A model generated the notes under the pieces. It made no database searches. It saw only the letters and a program-made list of their open reading frames with translations, and was not told the DNA's origin. This document shows positions 27,817 to 42,310 of a stretch of DNA of 64,000 nucleotides, one piece after another (within the stretch, counting starts at the first letter, position 1; the number at the start of each line of letters is the position of its first letter). Both the position numbers and the translations under genes were made by a program. The stretch lies in the NCBI RefSeq assembly GCF_001194135.2, contig NC_068985.1, positions 114,147,948 to 114,211,947 of the forward strand. The letters run 5' to 3'. This DNA comes from Octopus bimaculoides. Taxonomy: Eukaryota.

Positions 27817-28548
27817 TTATTCAAAAAGATCACCAATGGCTTCAACCATGGCATCCAGACGACTCTGGAATCTCCTGCAACTCTTCTGTATAGTCACCTT
27901 GTTTAAGTTGGTGAATGCTGCCATAGTCCTTGCCTTCAGTTCATCTTTGGTGTTGCAAAGACATTTGTCGGTCTCTCGCTCAACTGTGCCCTACACATAA
28001 TAACCAAGGGGGTTTCAGTCTGGGGAGTTAGGTGGCCAAATGTTAGGGGTGATGTGGTCACAAAATTTGTCTGACAGCCATGACTGGGTTCTCCTGCTTG
28101 TGTGGTATGGTGCAGAGTCCTGTTGCCAGACATAGAGTCTTCCTGCAGCCACCTTCTTGACCCAGGGCAGCACTACCTCCTCCAGGCACTTGATGTAGGC
28201 CTCCATGTTGAGTCTGAGACCATGTGGGAAGATGGAAGCATAACATTACCCTCACTAGTGATCACTCCAAACACCATGATGTTAACTGAATGTTTGATTT
28301 TTATCACTCTCGGTACATGCCAGACCCTCTGAAATGTTCATATCGGAGCTTCTGGCATGAATGCCAAGTAGTATAGCATGTTGTTTCCAAATTTCTGGCA
28401 GAGTGAATTGCATCATGGTGCTGTTTTTCTCACAGATGGTGCCCAGCTGACCCTACTACATTGTGTATTCGACAAAATCAAAAACACAACAACGTGCATG
28501 CACAAAATAAAAAATATAAAATAGTGACAATTTATCCATTGCACCCTG
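27817..28548 (-). mobile_element. Decayed, internally deleted Tc1/mariner-superfamily transposon of the maT (DD37D) type
   Basis: Minus-strand frames give HSVNIMVFGVITSEG..FIFPHGLRLNMEAYIKCLEEVVLPW..WQQDSAPYHT..WPPNSPD*NPLGYYV*GTVE..GDLFE*. There are 37 residues between the QQD aspartate and the third catalytic position (here mutated D>G). One TIR end, CAGGGTGCAA with TA at 28549-50, is present; the other TIR was not found. Stops and a frameshift are present. Confidence 0.85.
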
Positions 28549-28589
28549 TATGTATGTACGTATGTATGTATATACATACAGATGAAAAC

Positions 28590-28709
28590 AGTTTGATTCA
28601 GACTTCTCGGTACTCTGAGTTTTAAGTGTGTGACTAGTCTTTGGCCATTAGGGTCTGAAAACTAGCCACATGCTTGAAACTCAGAGTACCAAGGAGTCTG
28701 AATCAAACT
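28590..28709. other. 49-bp-arm imperfect inverted repeat
   Basis: The arms differ by 6 transitions; spacer about 22 nt. Confidence 0.85.
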
Positions 28710-28789
28710 TTTGATCTATACATATAACTCCCAATAAATGTGTTGAGTACACTTATTTCATTTGTCTACTCACTCTCTCTCTCTCTCTC

Positions 28790-28857
<68 letters not shown>

Positions 28858-29998
28858 AGAAAGCAAAGAGACATCTTTCACTTTCTGTCAACCAAATCCA
28901 CTTACAAAGTTCTGGTTGAGCCAAGGTTATAGCTTAAAACTTTTCACCAAGGTGCCATGCAATGGGGCCGAACTCAGAATCATGTGATTGGGAAGCCGGC
29001 TTCTTACCACACAGTCATGCCTGCGCCTGTAGTCCACCATGATGATGATTGTGGAAAATGACTATGGTGGTTGTTATGATGATGACAGTGGTAACAATGG
29101 TGATGATAATTGTGATGATGATGATGGTGGTGTTGATGCTGATCAGAATGCAACTATTCTGATAATGGTAACCACAAGTTAAGATTATGGTCAACAATGG
29201 TAATGGTGTGGATGATGGTCATTATGCTGCTGCTGTTGATGACGATGAAGGATGCCAATGGTAACATAAAAGTCATTGTGGTGATGACAAAGAGATGCTA
29301 AAAGTACTACAGGATGACAGTAGTAGAAATGCTGATGGCTATCTTAAAAGTACACCTATCACACAACAATAACTACCACCACCACCACTACTACTACTAC
29401 TACCATCACCACCACTGTAGTTAATCTTATAAGAGGAGGGGAGACAGAACAAGGATGAAAGAAGGGGAGTTGATAAAGAAAGTGAATAGAGTCAAGTGTC
29501 ACATGATCAAAATGAGAATCACAGCTTGTGTATAAAGTGATTTCCCAGCACAGCATTCCAAAAGTATGTTACATCAACTACAACAGTTTCTGTTGATATA
29601 AAACTAGCACTGGGCTATCACCTTTCCAAAAGATATTTCAGCTATGTTGGGTCTGTATGTACGTGTGTGTTTAATTTAAATAATCCTCTATACAATAGAC
29701 AAAGGCCTGAAATTTGTCAGGGAGAGAGAACGGGCTAGTCAATTATACAGCCCCAGGGCTTAACTGATACTTATTTCATTGACCTTTGAAAGGATGAAAG
29801 GCAAAGATGACCTTGGTGAAATTTGAACTCAGAGCATAAAGACAGATGAAATGCCACAAAATAATTTTACATTGCATTAAGCTAAAGAATTACTCAATAC
29901 TTAATATAGAGTATATATTTGTCGGACAGTCTAATGAAGGCTAATCACACTGAAACTTCAATCAGTCAACACTATACTTGTGAAAAAATAATTGTGTA

Positions 29999-30029
<31 letters not shown>

Positions 30030-31061
30030 ATGTGTGTGTGAGTGTGTGTGTATGTATGTGGGAGGGGGCGTATCTGTATGTGTACACAAACACACAACCA
30101 TACCAAATTTTCTAATAGTTTATTGATAACAGGATCGCTAAAAAGCTAGGTTGATCTGAATAAGTTTCAGATTCAAAACAATAGGACAAGAGAATTTTAA
30201 AGCAACAATGAAAAATATCTCAGCATATGACTGGTACTAAATTTTATTGCGCCTGCTTAATAATTTCAATAAAAAAAAAAAGACTTTTTCACTTACTGAG
30301 CGTTAAACTAATACATCTGTTTGTTGTCTACACCACCTGTCTTCATCTTTTGTGAATTCTCCCCCTATACACACACACACACACACACATATATATATGT
30401 ATATATATATATATCATCATCATTTAATGTTTGTTGTCCATGGCATGGGTTGGATGGTTTGACCAGGGCTGGTAAGATGAGGGGCTGCACCAGACTCTAA
30501 TCTGATTTGGCATGGTTTCTACAGCAGAATGCCCTTCCTAATACCAGCCACTCCAAGAGTGTAATGGGGGCTTTTAATGTGCCACTGGCATGGGTGACAG
30601 TCACGTGACACTGGCATCAACCCCATAGCCCCCTGTGAGACCCAGTGCTTGAATGGTGCCTCTTACGTGCCACCGGCATGGGTACCAAACAAAATATTCA
30701 CATGCTTTTATTTATAGCTTTTCTACTTCGAGATCCACAGTTCCAAAAATTAAAAAAAAATAAAAAAGAATTATTCTACCTTATCTTGAAGTTTTGAAAT
30801 TCTCATGGCATCAACAGTATACAATTCTTACAGATAAGAATGACAGAGAAATTAGAAATTCAAAGGTTTGTTTTGGTTCAATGGTAGAATGCCTCTCATG
30901 TTTACAAGAGATGTGGATTCATGTCCCACGAGCAGCATTTTTTTCCTCTCCAAAAAGCTTTTTAACCAGATATTTACATACTATTATTTATAGCTTTACT
31001 GCTTCAAGATCCACTGTTCCCCAAAAGAATTATACACACACACACACGCACACACATCTTT

Positions 31062-31465
31062 CATATGTTTCAGTTGTTAGACTGCGACCATGCTGGGGCA
31101 CCGCCTTGAAGAATCTTTTGTCAAACACCTCAACCCCAGTACTTATTCTATTGAGCTCTTTGCTGAGCTGCTAAGTTACAGGGATGTAAACAAACCATCA
31201 CCGGTTGTCAAGTGGCAGTTGGGGGACAAACACAAAGAGACACACTGATATATCATCATCATATATATATATATATATATATATNNNNNNNNNNAGAGAG
31301 AGAGATGTATATATATGGCAGGCTTCTTTCAGTTTCCATCTACCAAATCCACTCACAAGGCTTTGGTTGGTCTGTGGCTATAGTAGAAGATACTTGCTCA
31401 AGGTGCCATACAGTTGGACTGAACCCAGAACCATGTGGTTGGGAAGCAAGCTTTTTTACCACCCA
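31062..31465 (-). mobile_element. Family-2 SINE copy
   Basis: Collinear with 43816-44194; small gap inside its microsatellite. Confidence 0.7.
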
Positions 31466-31604
31466 GTCATATCTATCACAACTGTTCTATGCTTTGTTTA
31501 AATTCTTTATTATGAAGTAAATATCCTTGAGTTAACACCAATTGCTTTGCTTGTCCATCTTCCATTTTTGATCTATTTATGTATATACACACACACACAT
31601 ACAT

Positions 31605-31638
<34 letters not shown>

Positions 31639-32159
31639 TATGGATGGACGGACAGACAGACAGATTTATGAAGGAATTAGTATAATCAGTTAAATTCAAT
31701 CCTGTAATATATTACTATAGAGGGATTATGTCGAGTAACCAAGAGGGATGAAACTAAATACTAATGCAAAAAAGTCTTAGTCCAATTTTGATCAACTTTA
31801 ATCTTTTCAAATCCTATAAAAGCAGGGAGGTGGGTTTAGCTACCATGAAAGTATAAGAGACCAGATCCCTTCGTTAAACACCAATCACCAGCAGTACCTA
31901 GTGTTGTTATGCGCCCCTACTCCCAACCCATGTAATGTAATTTCATTCTCTACCCTCATTCATCACAGTGGATAAGTTGTTTGAACAATTCGTCACTGTC
32001 ACACTAATTGTAACGACAACGAAAACAACAACAACAACAATGATGATAATAATAATAATATTGAACAAAAAAAAACGCCACAGACTTGAATAAGGAAATA
32101 AACTTTTTTTTTTTTCTCATCTAATATCTCACAATGATTAATGAAAATAATGAATAATG

Positions 32160-32190
<31 letters not shown>

Positions 32191-32671
32191 GAGAGATAAG
32201 AGGATAACTGATGACACAATTGAAAAGATAGGACATCATCATGATTATCATCATCATCATCATCACCAAAACGAAACAAGAGCAAGTATTAAGCTAATTT
32301 GATTAAGGACTGAGATGCAGTGAGAGAGAGACAGAACTGAAAATACAATTGAACAAGACCCTGTGTGTGTGTGTGAGAGAGAGAGGGGGAGAGAGAGAGA
32401 GAGAGAGAGAATGAAATGAGGAGGACTGGTCCTAAGCCTCTGCTCATGAGGAAAAAACAGACCAATAGAATGTCTGATGCAGATATGGCTGTGTGGTAAA
32501 GAAGCTTGCATGGCAACCACGTGTTTTAGGGATCAGTTCCACTGAGCAGTACCTTGCAAATTTCTTCTACTACAACCCTGGGCTGAACAATGCCTTGTAA
32601 GTGAATTTGGTCAATGGAAATTGTGTGGAAGCCTGTTGTATATGTGTGTGCATGTGTGTGTGTATATATAC

Positions 32672-32905
32672 ACCATTTTGAGCATGGCCGTTGCCAGTAC
32701 CGCCTGACTGGCCCTCGTGCCGGTGGCACGTAAAAGCACCCACTACACTCTCAGACTGGTTGGTGTTAGGAAGGGCATCCAGCTGTAGAAACTCTGCCAA
32801 ATCAGATTGGAGCCTGGTGTAGCGATCTGGTTCACCAGTCCTCAGTCAAATTGTCCAACCCATGCTAGCATGGAAAGCGGACGATAAATGATCATGATGA
32901 TGATA
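32672..32905 (+). mobile_element. Family-4 element
   Basis: Collinear with 26662-26915. Further copies at 3020-3200, 4500-4690, 9395-9560, 18912-19230, 30415-30690, 41110-41220, 46510-46820 and 59875-60070. Confidence 0.7.
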
Positions 32906-33599
32906 TGCACATATCCATATACACATTGCCTAGTGGTTAGGGTGTTGCAAAACACTGCATCTCACATTGCTCTGCAATCACTTTGGCACTCGAAGTGTGG
33001 AACACTGCGTACCTGTTAAGGCAACGTCGATTTAATGGAGGGAGTAACCATATGAACCCTGGCTGAAAACCACTGGTTTGGACCGGTTGAATGTTTGCAT
33101 TGCACCATTAGGTCACTTGCTCCATCAATTTGACATTACCTGTGCAGGTACACACTGTGCCACATGTCGAAGTGGTACTGGGTTACCATTCACAAAAGTG
33201 ACCACCAGCAAACTAGAACATTTCTCACTGATTTACATCCCAAAAGAAGTCACCAAAGAAGAACTTCTCTGATTCCATTCCATTCCATACCGTATGGGGT
33301 ATAAAAAGTAAAAGAAAAACAAAGGATTATCTTGTGGGTGTGGCAAAATGGTAAGTGGGGTAGGGCTGAAGAAGAGAAAAGAAAAATAACAAAACTGGGT
33401 GGAAATACTAGGAGGAAAGCTGAGCCAGAAGACATAATAATAAACACAGAAGTGACAACACAAAACTCAATTCTGGCTATGAACACATATCTGATTTTGA
33501 GTGAGACAATCAGCTTCTTTCTCTTTCTCTTTCTTTGTTCTCCCTCTCCAAATTCCAGTGCACACATATGCATCATCTCATTTCGCCACACACATACCA

Positions 33600-34210
33600 T
33601 TATTATCACCATCATCATCATCATGTATCATTATTATTATTATTATTATTATTATTAGTGTTAATAGTAATAGTAGCAGTAGTAATATCATCAATATCAC
33701 TATTGCCATTATTTCTATCGTTGTTGCCACACCTATTATTATCATTAACATCATTGCTGTCATTATTATTATTATCGTCATTATTATCATCATCATCATC
33801 ATCGTCATTATTATCATCATCATCATCATCATCATTATCGTCATTATTATCATCATCGTCATCATCATCATTATCGTCATTATTATCATCATCGTCATCA
33901 TCATCATCATCATCATCGTCATCGTCATCGTCATCATTATCATCATCATCCAACATCATCATCATTATCATCATCATCATTATCATCTTCATCATCATTA
34001 TCATCTTCATTTTCATCATCATCGTCATCGTCATCGTCATCATCATTATCATCATCACTATTATTATTATCATCATTATTATTGTTGTTGCTGTTATTAT
34101 TATTATTATCATTATTATTATTATTATCATTATTATTATTATTATCGTTATTATTATTATTATCGTTATTATTATTATCATTATTATCATTATTATTGTT
34201 ATTTAGCATA
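33600..34210. repeat. Compound (ATC/ATT)n microsatellite block
   Basis: Direct inspection. Confidence 0.95.
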
Positions 34211-34465
34211 TTAATATCATTATCATTGCTGTAGCAGCAGCAGCAGCCAGAAGACCCAAGGCCGTTTTACCAGAAACTGATTCCGTTCTGTGTTTCTTTC
34301 GCAAAATGAAGCCTAAGTAAATACCTTAACACCTAATATCGCCTCTCACAGCTATTTCTTTGTATGCATGTAGCAAAGGAAGGAAAGTAAGGGTTAGGGT
34401 TCATGCATGTGAATGCATGTAGAGCTGTTGGGGTGGAGGTGGGGCATCGTGGGATCTGTCTTTGC

Positions 34466-34514
<49 letters not shown>

Positions 34515-35658
34515 TTTCTCAGATAGTTTTGGACCCACTTCTAAAGCAAACCTGAGCATTTTCCATCCTCCTCCCCACACTACCACTACCCTTGCCTCCA
34601 CTGTCTTGCTCCCTTCCTACGATGGTAATCCTAGTCACTACCACCACCACCACCACCATAGCTATTAACACCACTACCACTACCACTACTACTATCGCTG
34701 ATTTTATTACTGCCACCATTACCCTCATTGGTTGTTGATAACATGTTTACCTCCAACCACCACAACCACCACCACCATATATCTGAACAATGTTGGCTAT
34801 GTATGAGTGTGTGCGTGTGTGTACATGCGTGTGTGTGCATGTGCATGTGTGTGTGTGTGTGGTTTAGACCCAAGCTATGAACAATGAAATTGAGATTGAA
34901 GTGTCTTGTACATAACAATAATAAAGTTTTAAAAGAAAATAAAAAGGAAGAATGCCTGGTGTTGTTGCTGCTACTACTACTGTTGTTGTTCTGTTGTAAT
35001 TGTCATTGTGTCATCAGTGTCACAGAGAGAGAGATAGAGAGAGAGAGAGAGACAGACAGAGAGACAGAGATAGACAGAGTATGAAAGAAAGAGGACAAGC
35101 TTTATCTCAATTTCAGTTTCCCTGGTCCATCCCACCCCACACCCATGATTCATCACCTCTCTATGAATCAAGAATGCCTAGCTACCCTTGAAGATAACAA
35201 AGACAAACCTGTCTTAAACAGATTGCAAAAATAAAATAAATCATTCACAAACAATACAAGAAATCTATTATTGCTACATGGGCCAAAAATGCCTTCCAGT
35301 GTTTAGCTGCATATCTTTAGGCTCTAAGTTCGGATTCAGCCAAGGTTAATTTTTGCCTCTGTTCTGTATGGATTATATAAAGAACCTTGCTTCCCAACCA
35401 TGTTGTCTTCAGTTCAATCTCACTTGGTTCAGCCCCAAACTGAAAGAAGCTCATCACACACACACACACACATTATTGACCACACATATATATATATATA
35501 TGTATTTCCCAGTAGATTGCAGTTTTGTGTGGTGAAGATTACTCTCTCAAAACACCAGGTATTAAAACACCTGAGTAGCAGGGAGAGCAAATAATGAAGA
35601 AGGAGAGCTTCTAACAATGTGAAAAGGGTAAGTTTAGTAGCCTTTACATATTTCAGGC

Positions 35659-35690
<32 letters not shown>

Positions 35691-36098
35691 GAAGGTTTGG
35701 AGGTGATGTACAGAAATTATATAGAAAAAAATTAAGGTACTNNNNNNNNNNNNNNNNNNNNNNNNNNNNNNNNNNNNNNNNNNNNNNNNNNNNNNNNNNN
35801 NNNNNNNNNNNNNNNNNNNNNNNNNNNNNNNNNNNNNNNNNNNNNNNNNNNNNNNNNNNNNNNNNNNNNNNNNNNNNNNNNNNNNNNNNNNNNNNNNNNN
35901 NNNNNNNNNNNNNNNNNNNNNNNNNNNNNNNNNNNNNNNNNNNNNNNCACCTAATCGTGTAGGATTTTCAAATCCTACACGATTAGGTGAAAAGCGCTTT
36001 ATTTAATTTATAAAACATGTGACATTAATAAAAATCTGTAAATGTACAAACATCCAGATTTCTGAGTACCTTAATTTTTTTCTATATATATATATATA

Positions 36099-36289
36099 TT
36101 TTCCAAGTGGCTGTTTTCCTATGTGTTCGTTCCGTGGTCTGTAGTTCATTATTCTAACGTTCTGTACCCTGATATGCATCTATATACACATGTAGATGTA
36201 CGTATGTACATATATGTGTGTATACATGCATATATATTCTTTGTATTATTACATTATCGAACGCACGCGTCCTTTTTACAAGTAAGTTT

Positions 36290-36290
<1 letters not shown>
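36099..36290 (+). mobile_element. Body of the hammerhead-carrying repeat (copy D subfamily) without the ribozyme part
   Basis: ttccaagtggctgttttcctatgtgttcgttcc...gtaccctgatatgcatctatatacacatgtagatgta matches 52495-52655. Confidence 0.55.
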
Positions 36291-36331
<41 letters not shown>

Positions 36332-37064
36332 TACAAACAGGTTTCTTTCAGTTCCCATCTACCAAAGTCACTGACAAGATTTTGGTCTACCCTTGGCTAT
36401 AGTAGAAAACATTTGCTCAAGGTACCACACGGTAAGACTGAGCCCACGACCTCATGATTGGGGCGCCAGCTTTTCTCTTCTCGTCTCTCAACCATGCAGC
36501 CATACCTATACTTGTATTTTTTTTTCTATTTTTACTGTATCAGCATTAGTGAAGTCACTTTGTAACTGGCAAGAGTAAAGAGACCCATCCATCAAATGAA
36601 AGAGGAAGATAAGAAATAGGATGGACCAGCTAAAATTCTCAATTTGGTGTCTTTATTTCATAAAAGTAGATCGTATATATGTATACAATGACACACAAAC
36701 ATACATATATATACACAAGCATAGATAATGAAATCCTATAATATGAGAACTAGATTATAAACCCAATCTAGCTCAAGTTTTTTATTTAAGAGAAACACAT
36801 TTGGTTTCTTAAACCATTCAGGTCATTACATCTATAGCTACCAAGTCAAAGGTTAAGACAGAAAAAAAGGAAGAAAGGAAGAAAGGAAGTATAATAAACA
36901 AAACTATACAAGTGTGGAAAAGAAAATACAATTTACAAGATTTGTAGTCGGATAGCAAGTAAAGAATATTCATTCATACGCACATGTAGACAGCCACTTA
37001 TACATACAAATATTCATAGTGTGTATATAAGCAATGTGAACACGCACCTAGTTATAGGACAGCT

Positions 37065-37096
<32 letters not shown>

Positions 37097-37270
37097 GAGA
37101 GAGGAAGGCAGAGACAAAAAAAGTCAAACAAATAGAGAGAGAAAGAGGAAGAAAGAGGGAGAGGGAGAGAGAAAGAGAAGAAGGCAGAGACAAAAAAGAA
37201 AGTCAAACAAATAGAGAGAGACACACAAACAGACAGAGAGAGAGACAGACAGACAGACAGACACAGAGAT

Positions 37271-37309
<39 letters not shown>

Positions 37310-37376
37310 GACAGACAGAGAGAGAGACAGAGAGAGACAGACAGACAGAGAGAGACAGACAGACAGAGAGACAGAC

Positions 37377-37429
<53 letters not shown>

Positions 37430-37597
37430 GAAACAGACAGACAGAGAAACAGACAGACAGAGANNNNNNNNNNNNNNNNNNNNNNNNNNNNNNNNNNNNN
37501 NNNNNNNNNNNNNNNNNNNNNNNNNNNNNNNNNNNNNNNNNNNNNNNNNNNNNNNNNNNNNNNNNNNNNNNNNAGACAGACAGACAGACAGACAGAC

Positions 37598-37646
<49 letters not shown>

Positions 37647-37789
37647 GAAACAGACAGACAGAGAAACAGACAGACAGAGAAACAGACAGACAGAGACAGA
37701 CAGACAGAGACAGACAGACAGAGACAGAGACAGACAGAGACAGACAGACAGAGACAGACAGACAGAAACAGACAGACAGACAGACAGAA

Positions 37790-37822
<33 letters not shown>

Positions 37823-37860
37823 GAGAGAGACAGACAGACAGAGAGAGATAGGCAGAGACA
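37065..37860. repeat. (GACA/GA)n microsatellite block
   Basis: Direct inspection. Confidence 0.95.
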
Positions 37861-38134
37861 GAGAAGGGAGAAGAAACAGTTTCCAGACACCTGCAGTCTT
37901 GGAAGAAAAAGAAATGATGACCTGAGTGGAAAAAGATGGCAAGGAGTCTGGGGATATCAGGGTTGGTAGTAAGAAGGAATTTGACAGCAGCCAAACGATA
38001 AAGGGTCACTGCAAAAGAGAACAGAGACAAGACACAACAATAACAATTCCAAGATGGCTGTCAGAAATGTTTGGTATGGCAGTGATGTAGACAAGGACTG
38101 TGAGGGTGAAGACAATCATTATAGCTATATCTTT

Positions 38135-40080
38135 CATGATGGTGATGGTGATAAGTGATGATGGCGATGGTGAAGATGATGGTGATGATGATGGTGGTGA
38201 TGATGGTAGTGTTGATGATGGTGGTGGTGATGATGATGGTGTTGATGATGGTGATGATGATGGTGGTGGTGATGATGGTGGTGGTGATGATGATGGTGGT
38301 GTTGATGATGGTGATGATGATGGTGGTATGATGATGATGATGATGATGATGGTGGTGGTAGTGATGATGATGATGATGATGATGATAATGATAATGGTGG
38401 TGATGNNNNNNNNNNNNNNNNNNNNNNNNNNNNNNNNNNNNNNNNNNNNNNNNNNNNNNNNNNNNNNNNNNNNNNNNNNNNNNNNNNNNNNNNNNNNNNN
38501 NNNNNNNNNNNNNNNNNNNNNNNNNNNNNNNNNNNNNNNNNNNNNNNNNNNNNNNNNNNNNNNNNNNNNNNNNNNNNNNNNNNNNNNNNNNNNNNNNNNN
38601 NNNNNNNNNNNNNNNNNNNNNNNNNNNNNNNNNNNNNNNNNNNNNNNNNNNNNNNNNNNNNNNNNNNNNNNNNNNNNNNNNNNNNNNNNNNNNNNNNNNN
38701 NNNNNNNNNNNNNNNNNNNNNNNNNNNNNNNNNNNNNNNNNNNNNNNNNNNNNNNNNNNNNNNNNNNNNNNNNNNNNNNNNNNNNNNNNNNNNNNNNNNN
38801 NNNNNNNNNNNNNNNNNNNNNNNNNNNNNNNNNNNNNNNNNNNNNNNNNNNNNNNNNNNNNNNNNNNNNNNNNNNNNNNNNNNNNNNNNNNNNNNNNNNN
38901 NNNNNNNNNNNNNNNNNNNNNNNNNNNNNNNNNNNNNNNNGTGGTGATGGTGGTGGTGGTGATGATGATGGTGTTGATGATGGTGATGATGATGGTGATG
39001 ATGATGGTGGTGGTGATGATGATGGTGATTATGATGATGTTGATGATGATGGTGGTGATGATGGTGGTGATGATGGTGGTGGTGATGACGGTGGTGGTGG
39101 TGGCAGTAATGATGACGGAGACGCAATGGTGATGATCATGGCAATAGTGGTGCTGATGGTAATAATGATGAGTATGGTGGTGTTGATGGTGATGGTGGTG
39201 GAAATGGTAAAGGGGAGAGTGATGGTGACCGGTCATAACAGTTACGATAGTAATGAAGGTGGTACCAGTCATCGTTAGTTAGGATGACGCTAATAACAAT
39301 AACGATAATAATAGTAGTAATAATAATAATAATAAGTAATGGTTAAAAATGGTGATGGGCCAATACAAATGGCGCCAACAATGACGACAGCGATAACTGA
39401 CGGTGTAGATAAAAATGGTAAAGTAATGGTGCCAAAGACGATTATAATAATAATGATACACATGACAACTACAGGAGAGAGAGAGAGAGAGAGAGAGAGG
39501 AGGAGAAATCACCATTTCTCAAAAGCAGAAAGAAAAAAAACAAAGCAACAAAAACGTTTCTTCTATCTTCCCAAAATAACATCAGTCTGTTTTGTTCGTA
39601 GCTTTTATTTCTCACATTCTTTTGAGACAATTATGACAATGATGATGATGGTGGTGGTGGTGGTGGTGGTGGATGGTTGTGATGGCGGTGGCGGTGGTGG
39701 TGATAGTGGTGNNNNNNNNNNNNNNNNNNNNNNNNNNNNNNNNNNNNNNNNNNNNNNNNNNNNNNNNNNNNNNNNNNNNNNNNNNNNNNNNNNNNNNNNN
39801 NNNNNNNNNNNNNNNNNNNNNNNNNGATAGCAGTGATGGTGATGGATGGTGGTGGATGGTTGTGTCGGTGGTGGTGGTGGTGGATCGCTGTGATGGTGGT
39901 GGGGATGATGATGGTGGTAATGGTGGTGGTGATGGATGGTGGTGGATCGCTGTGATGGTGGTGTTGGTAGTGATAGTGGTGGTTATAGTGGTGATGATGA
40001 AGGTGATCATGATGCTGATGAAGGTGATCATGATGATGATGATGATGAAGGTGATGATGATGATGACGATGGTGGTGATG
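38135..40080. repeat. (GAT/GGT)n microsatellite-rich region with gaps
   Basis: Direct inspection; a similar block lies at 19370-20320. Confidence 0.9.
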
Positions 40081-40921
40081 ATTATAGGTGTTATTTTCAG
40101 TGGGCGGTGGGGAAATACAGGTTTCAAGTAAATTACAGTAAATCTCATATTTTACAAAAACCCAACTTTTTCCCACCTCCCCCATTTCACTATCATCATT
40201 ACACTCACTACAACCACCATTTCCACCACTAACACTACCATCAACATGACCTTGTTAAGCACAGAGTGTTTTAGTACATCACTACATGAACGTAACCTTA
40301 ATGTTTGCTGTATCTTCAAATCTTCAAGTAATTTAGAAAACATAATAGATAAACAAATAAACAAATAAATACATAAATAAAAACACTTCTGTTGAACTCT
40401 TTGGTTCACCCAGGTTATACCACTCAACCACCCCAGACTTTTGTTTTCCTGCTCCCTCCCTTCTTTATTCCCCTCGCCCATTCTAACATTTGCAATTTCC
40501 ATTTGGTGTCATTGATGAGAGGTAAGGTTAGTGGAACTTTTAAGAAAAAAGAACAGGTGCTCCTTTTTGCATGGAAAAGAAAGAGTTGGCTATTGAAACC
40601 ACGGGCAGCAAGTATTTTGTTTGAAGATTTCTATCTAGCGTGCAAAATCGTATTTCAAGCAGATTCACACACATACATTTACATGAGCACAAAAGCCGAT
40701 TCAAATACAACAGTGACACAAATCGTATTCATTTCTATAACAAGGCATTGGGATGGCAGTGTGGTAAGAAGTTTGCTTCCCAAGCACAAGGTGCCAGGTT
40801 CAGTTGTACTGTGTGACACGGGGGCTATAGTGAAAGACACTTGCAAATGTCTTTTATTATTGTCCTGTGCCAACCAGAGCCTTGTGAGTGGATTTGGTAG
40901 ACAAAAACTGAATAAAGCCTA

Positions 40922-40968
<47 letters not shown>

Positions 40969-42019
40969 AACACACATATATGTATATGTATCTATGTGTG
41001 TGTGTTACTGTCTCTTTGCTTTGAATTCACATGGTAGTTGTGAAACAAGCGATATCTGTTTCCAATCTTTTGTGAAAAATGTTTGGTCATGGGGAATATT
41101 ACCTTATTTGGAGACAGTTGAGGTTTCGTGAATGGAAGGGCATCCAGCCATAGAAAATCTGCCACAATACATGCCGTCTGACCCATGGAAGCACGGGAAA
41201 GTGGACATCGTCATCATCATCACAAATATTTTGATAGCAAAATCTAACAACCATCATCTCTTCTTAAGCAATTACATACTATATATGTCAGTGTATAAGA
41301 TGCATCTATCTTATTTTTAAATGTAACAACAGAAGGCCATGTACCTAAGGTGACCATATTATGGATAAGATACCATGTGTATGAAAATTTGTTTTTCCCC
41401 ACCAAAAAGTTGGGGGTTGTCTTATGCGAGAGTGTGTCTTTTTAGAAAAAGATTTGTCTCCCCTTACACACACTTCCTGTTTTGACACCACATTTCCTGC
41501 TTAACACAAACTTTTAGCCCTTTTTTAAACCTAACACAATTCTCAATTCTCATGCATCCTTATTTTTCCAACCATTATATACATGAATTACCATTGAACT
41601 TTAAAAGCTCAAAGACAATATAATGTATTGGTATAGTTATTTTTTAATATATTATTTTCTTCAGTCTGTACTTCTTTGTAAAAAACATTTTCATTCTCCC
41701 TCTTCTTGAAAATTTGCTANNNNNNNNNNTTCTTCAGTCTGTACTTCTTTGTAAAAAACATTTTCATTCTCCCTCTTCTTGAAAATTTGCTAAGCAATGA
41801 AAGCTGGTTAGAAATCTTTATTGAAATATGCTTCCAGTTTAGCATTCTGCCTTATTATTTTTCATTTTCCTATTATTTCTCCTCGTGCGGTTAACACAAC
41901 CCCACCATTTACTGACTTTATATATATATATATATTCATTTATATTTATATAAGGGCATTACTACAGAATAATGCCACACACTAGACTTCCCAAATAAAC
42001 ATTAATCAAATATGACGTT

Positions 42020-42310
42020 GAGGGTTCTAGTTCATCTGATCAACGGAACAGCCTGCTCATGAAATCAACATGCAAGTGGCTAAGCAGTCCACAAACATGT
42101 GTACCCTTAATGTAGTTCACAAAGAGTTAAGACATGATACAGAATGTGACCAAGGTGGCCTTCTGAAATACGGTTACTACTCATTTTTGCCAGGTAAGTG
42201 GACTGGAGCAAGATGAAGTAAAGTGTCTTGCTCAAAGACACAACATATTGCTGTGAATTGAACTCACGACCTTATGATTGTGAGCTGAATACCCTAGCCA
42301 CTAATCCACA
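42020..42310 (-). mobile_element. Family-1 SINE copy
   Basis: actcatttttgccaggtaagtggactggagcaagatgaagtaaagtgtcttgctcaaagacacaac matches 225-300. Confidence 0.65.

Noticed and set aside
30868-30935. tRNA-like segment ttggttcaatggtagaatgcc..ggattcatgtcccacgagcagc, and other A/B-box heads
   Set aside because: No complete cloverleaf; these are degenerate SINE heads rather than tRNA genes.
33501-34214. Long ORFs in several frames (poly-I/H/D/S/N)
   Set aside because: Translations of trinucleotide microsatellites. The same applies to ORFs at 1947-2308, 7961-8487, 19467-20405, 37048-38030 and 38061-40185.
37922-38008. 87-nt minus-strand candidate exon with a good acceptor
   Set aside because: Phase 1/1, incompatible with the phase-0 plexin exon; the peptide shows no plexin features and the donor is weak.
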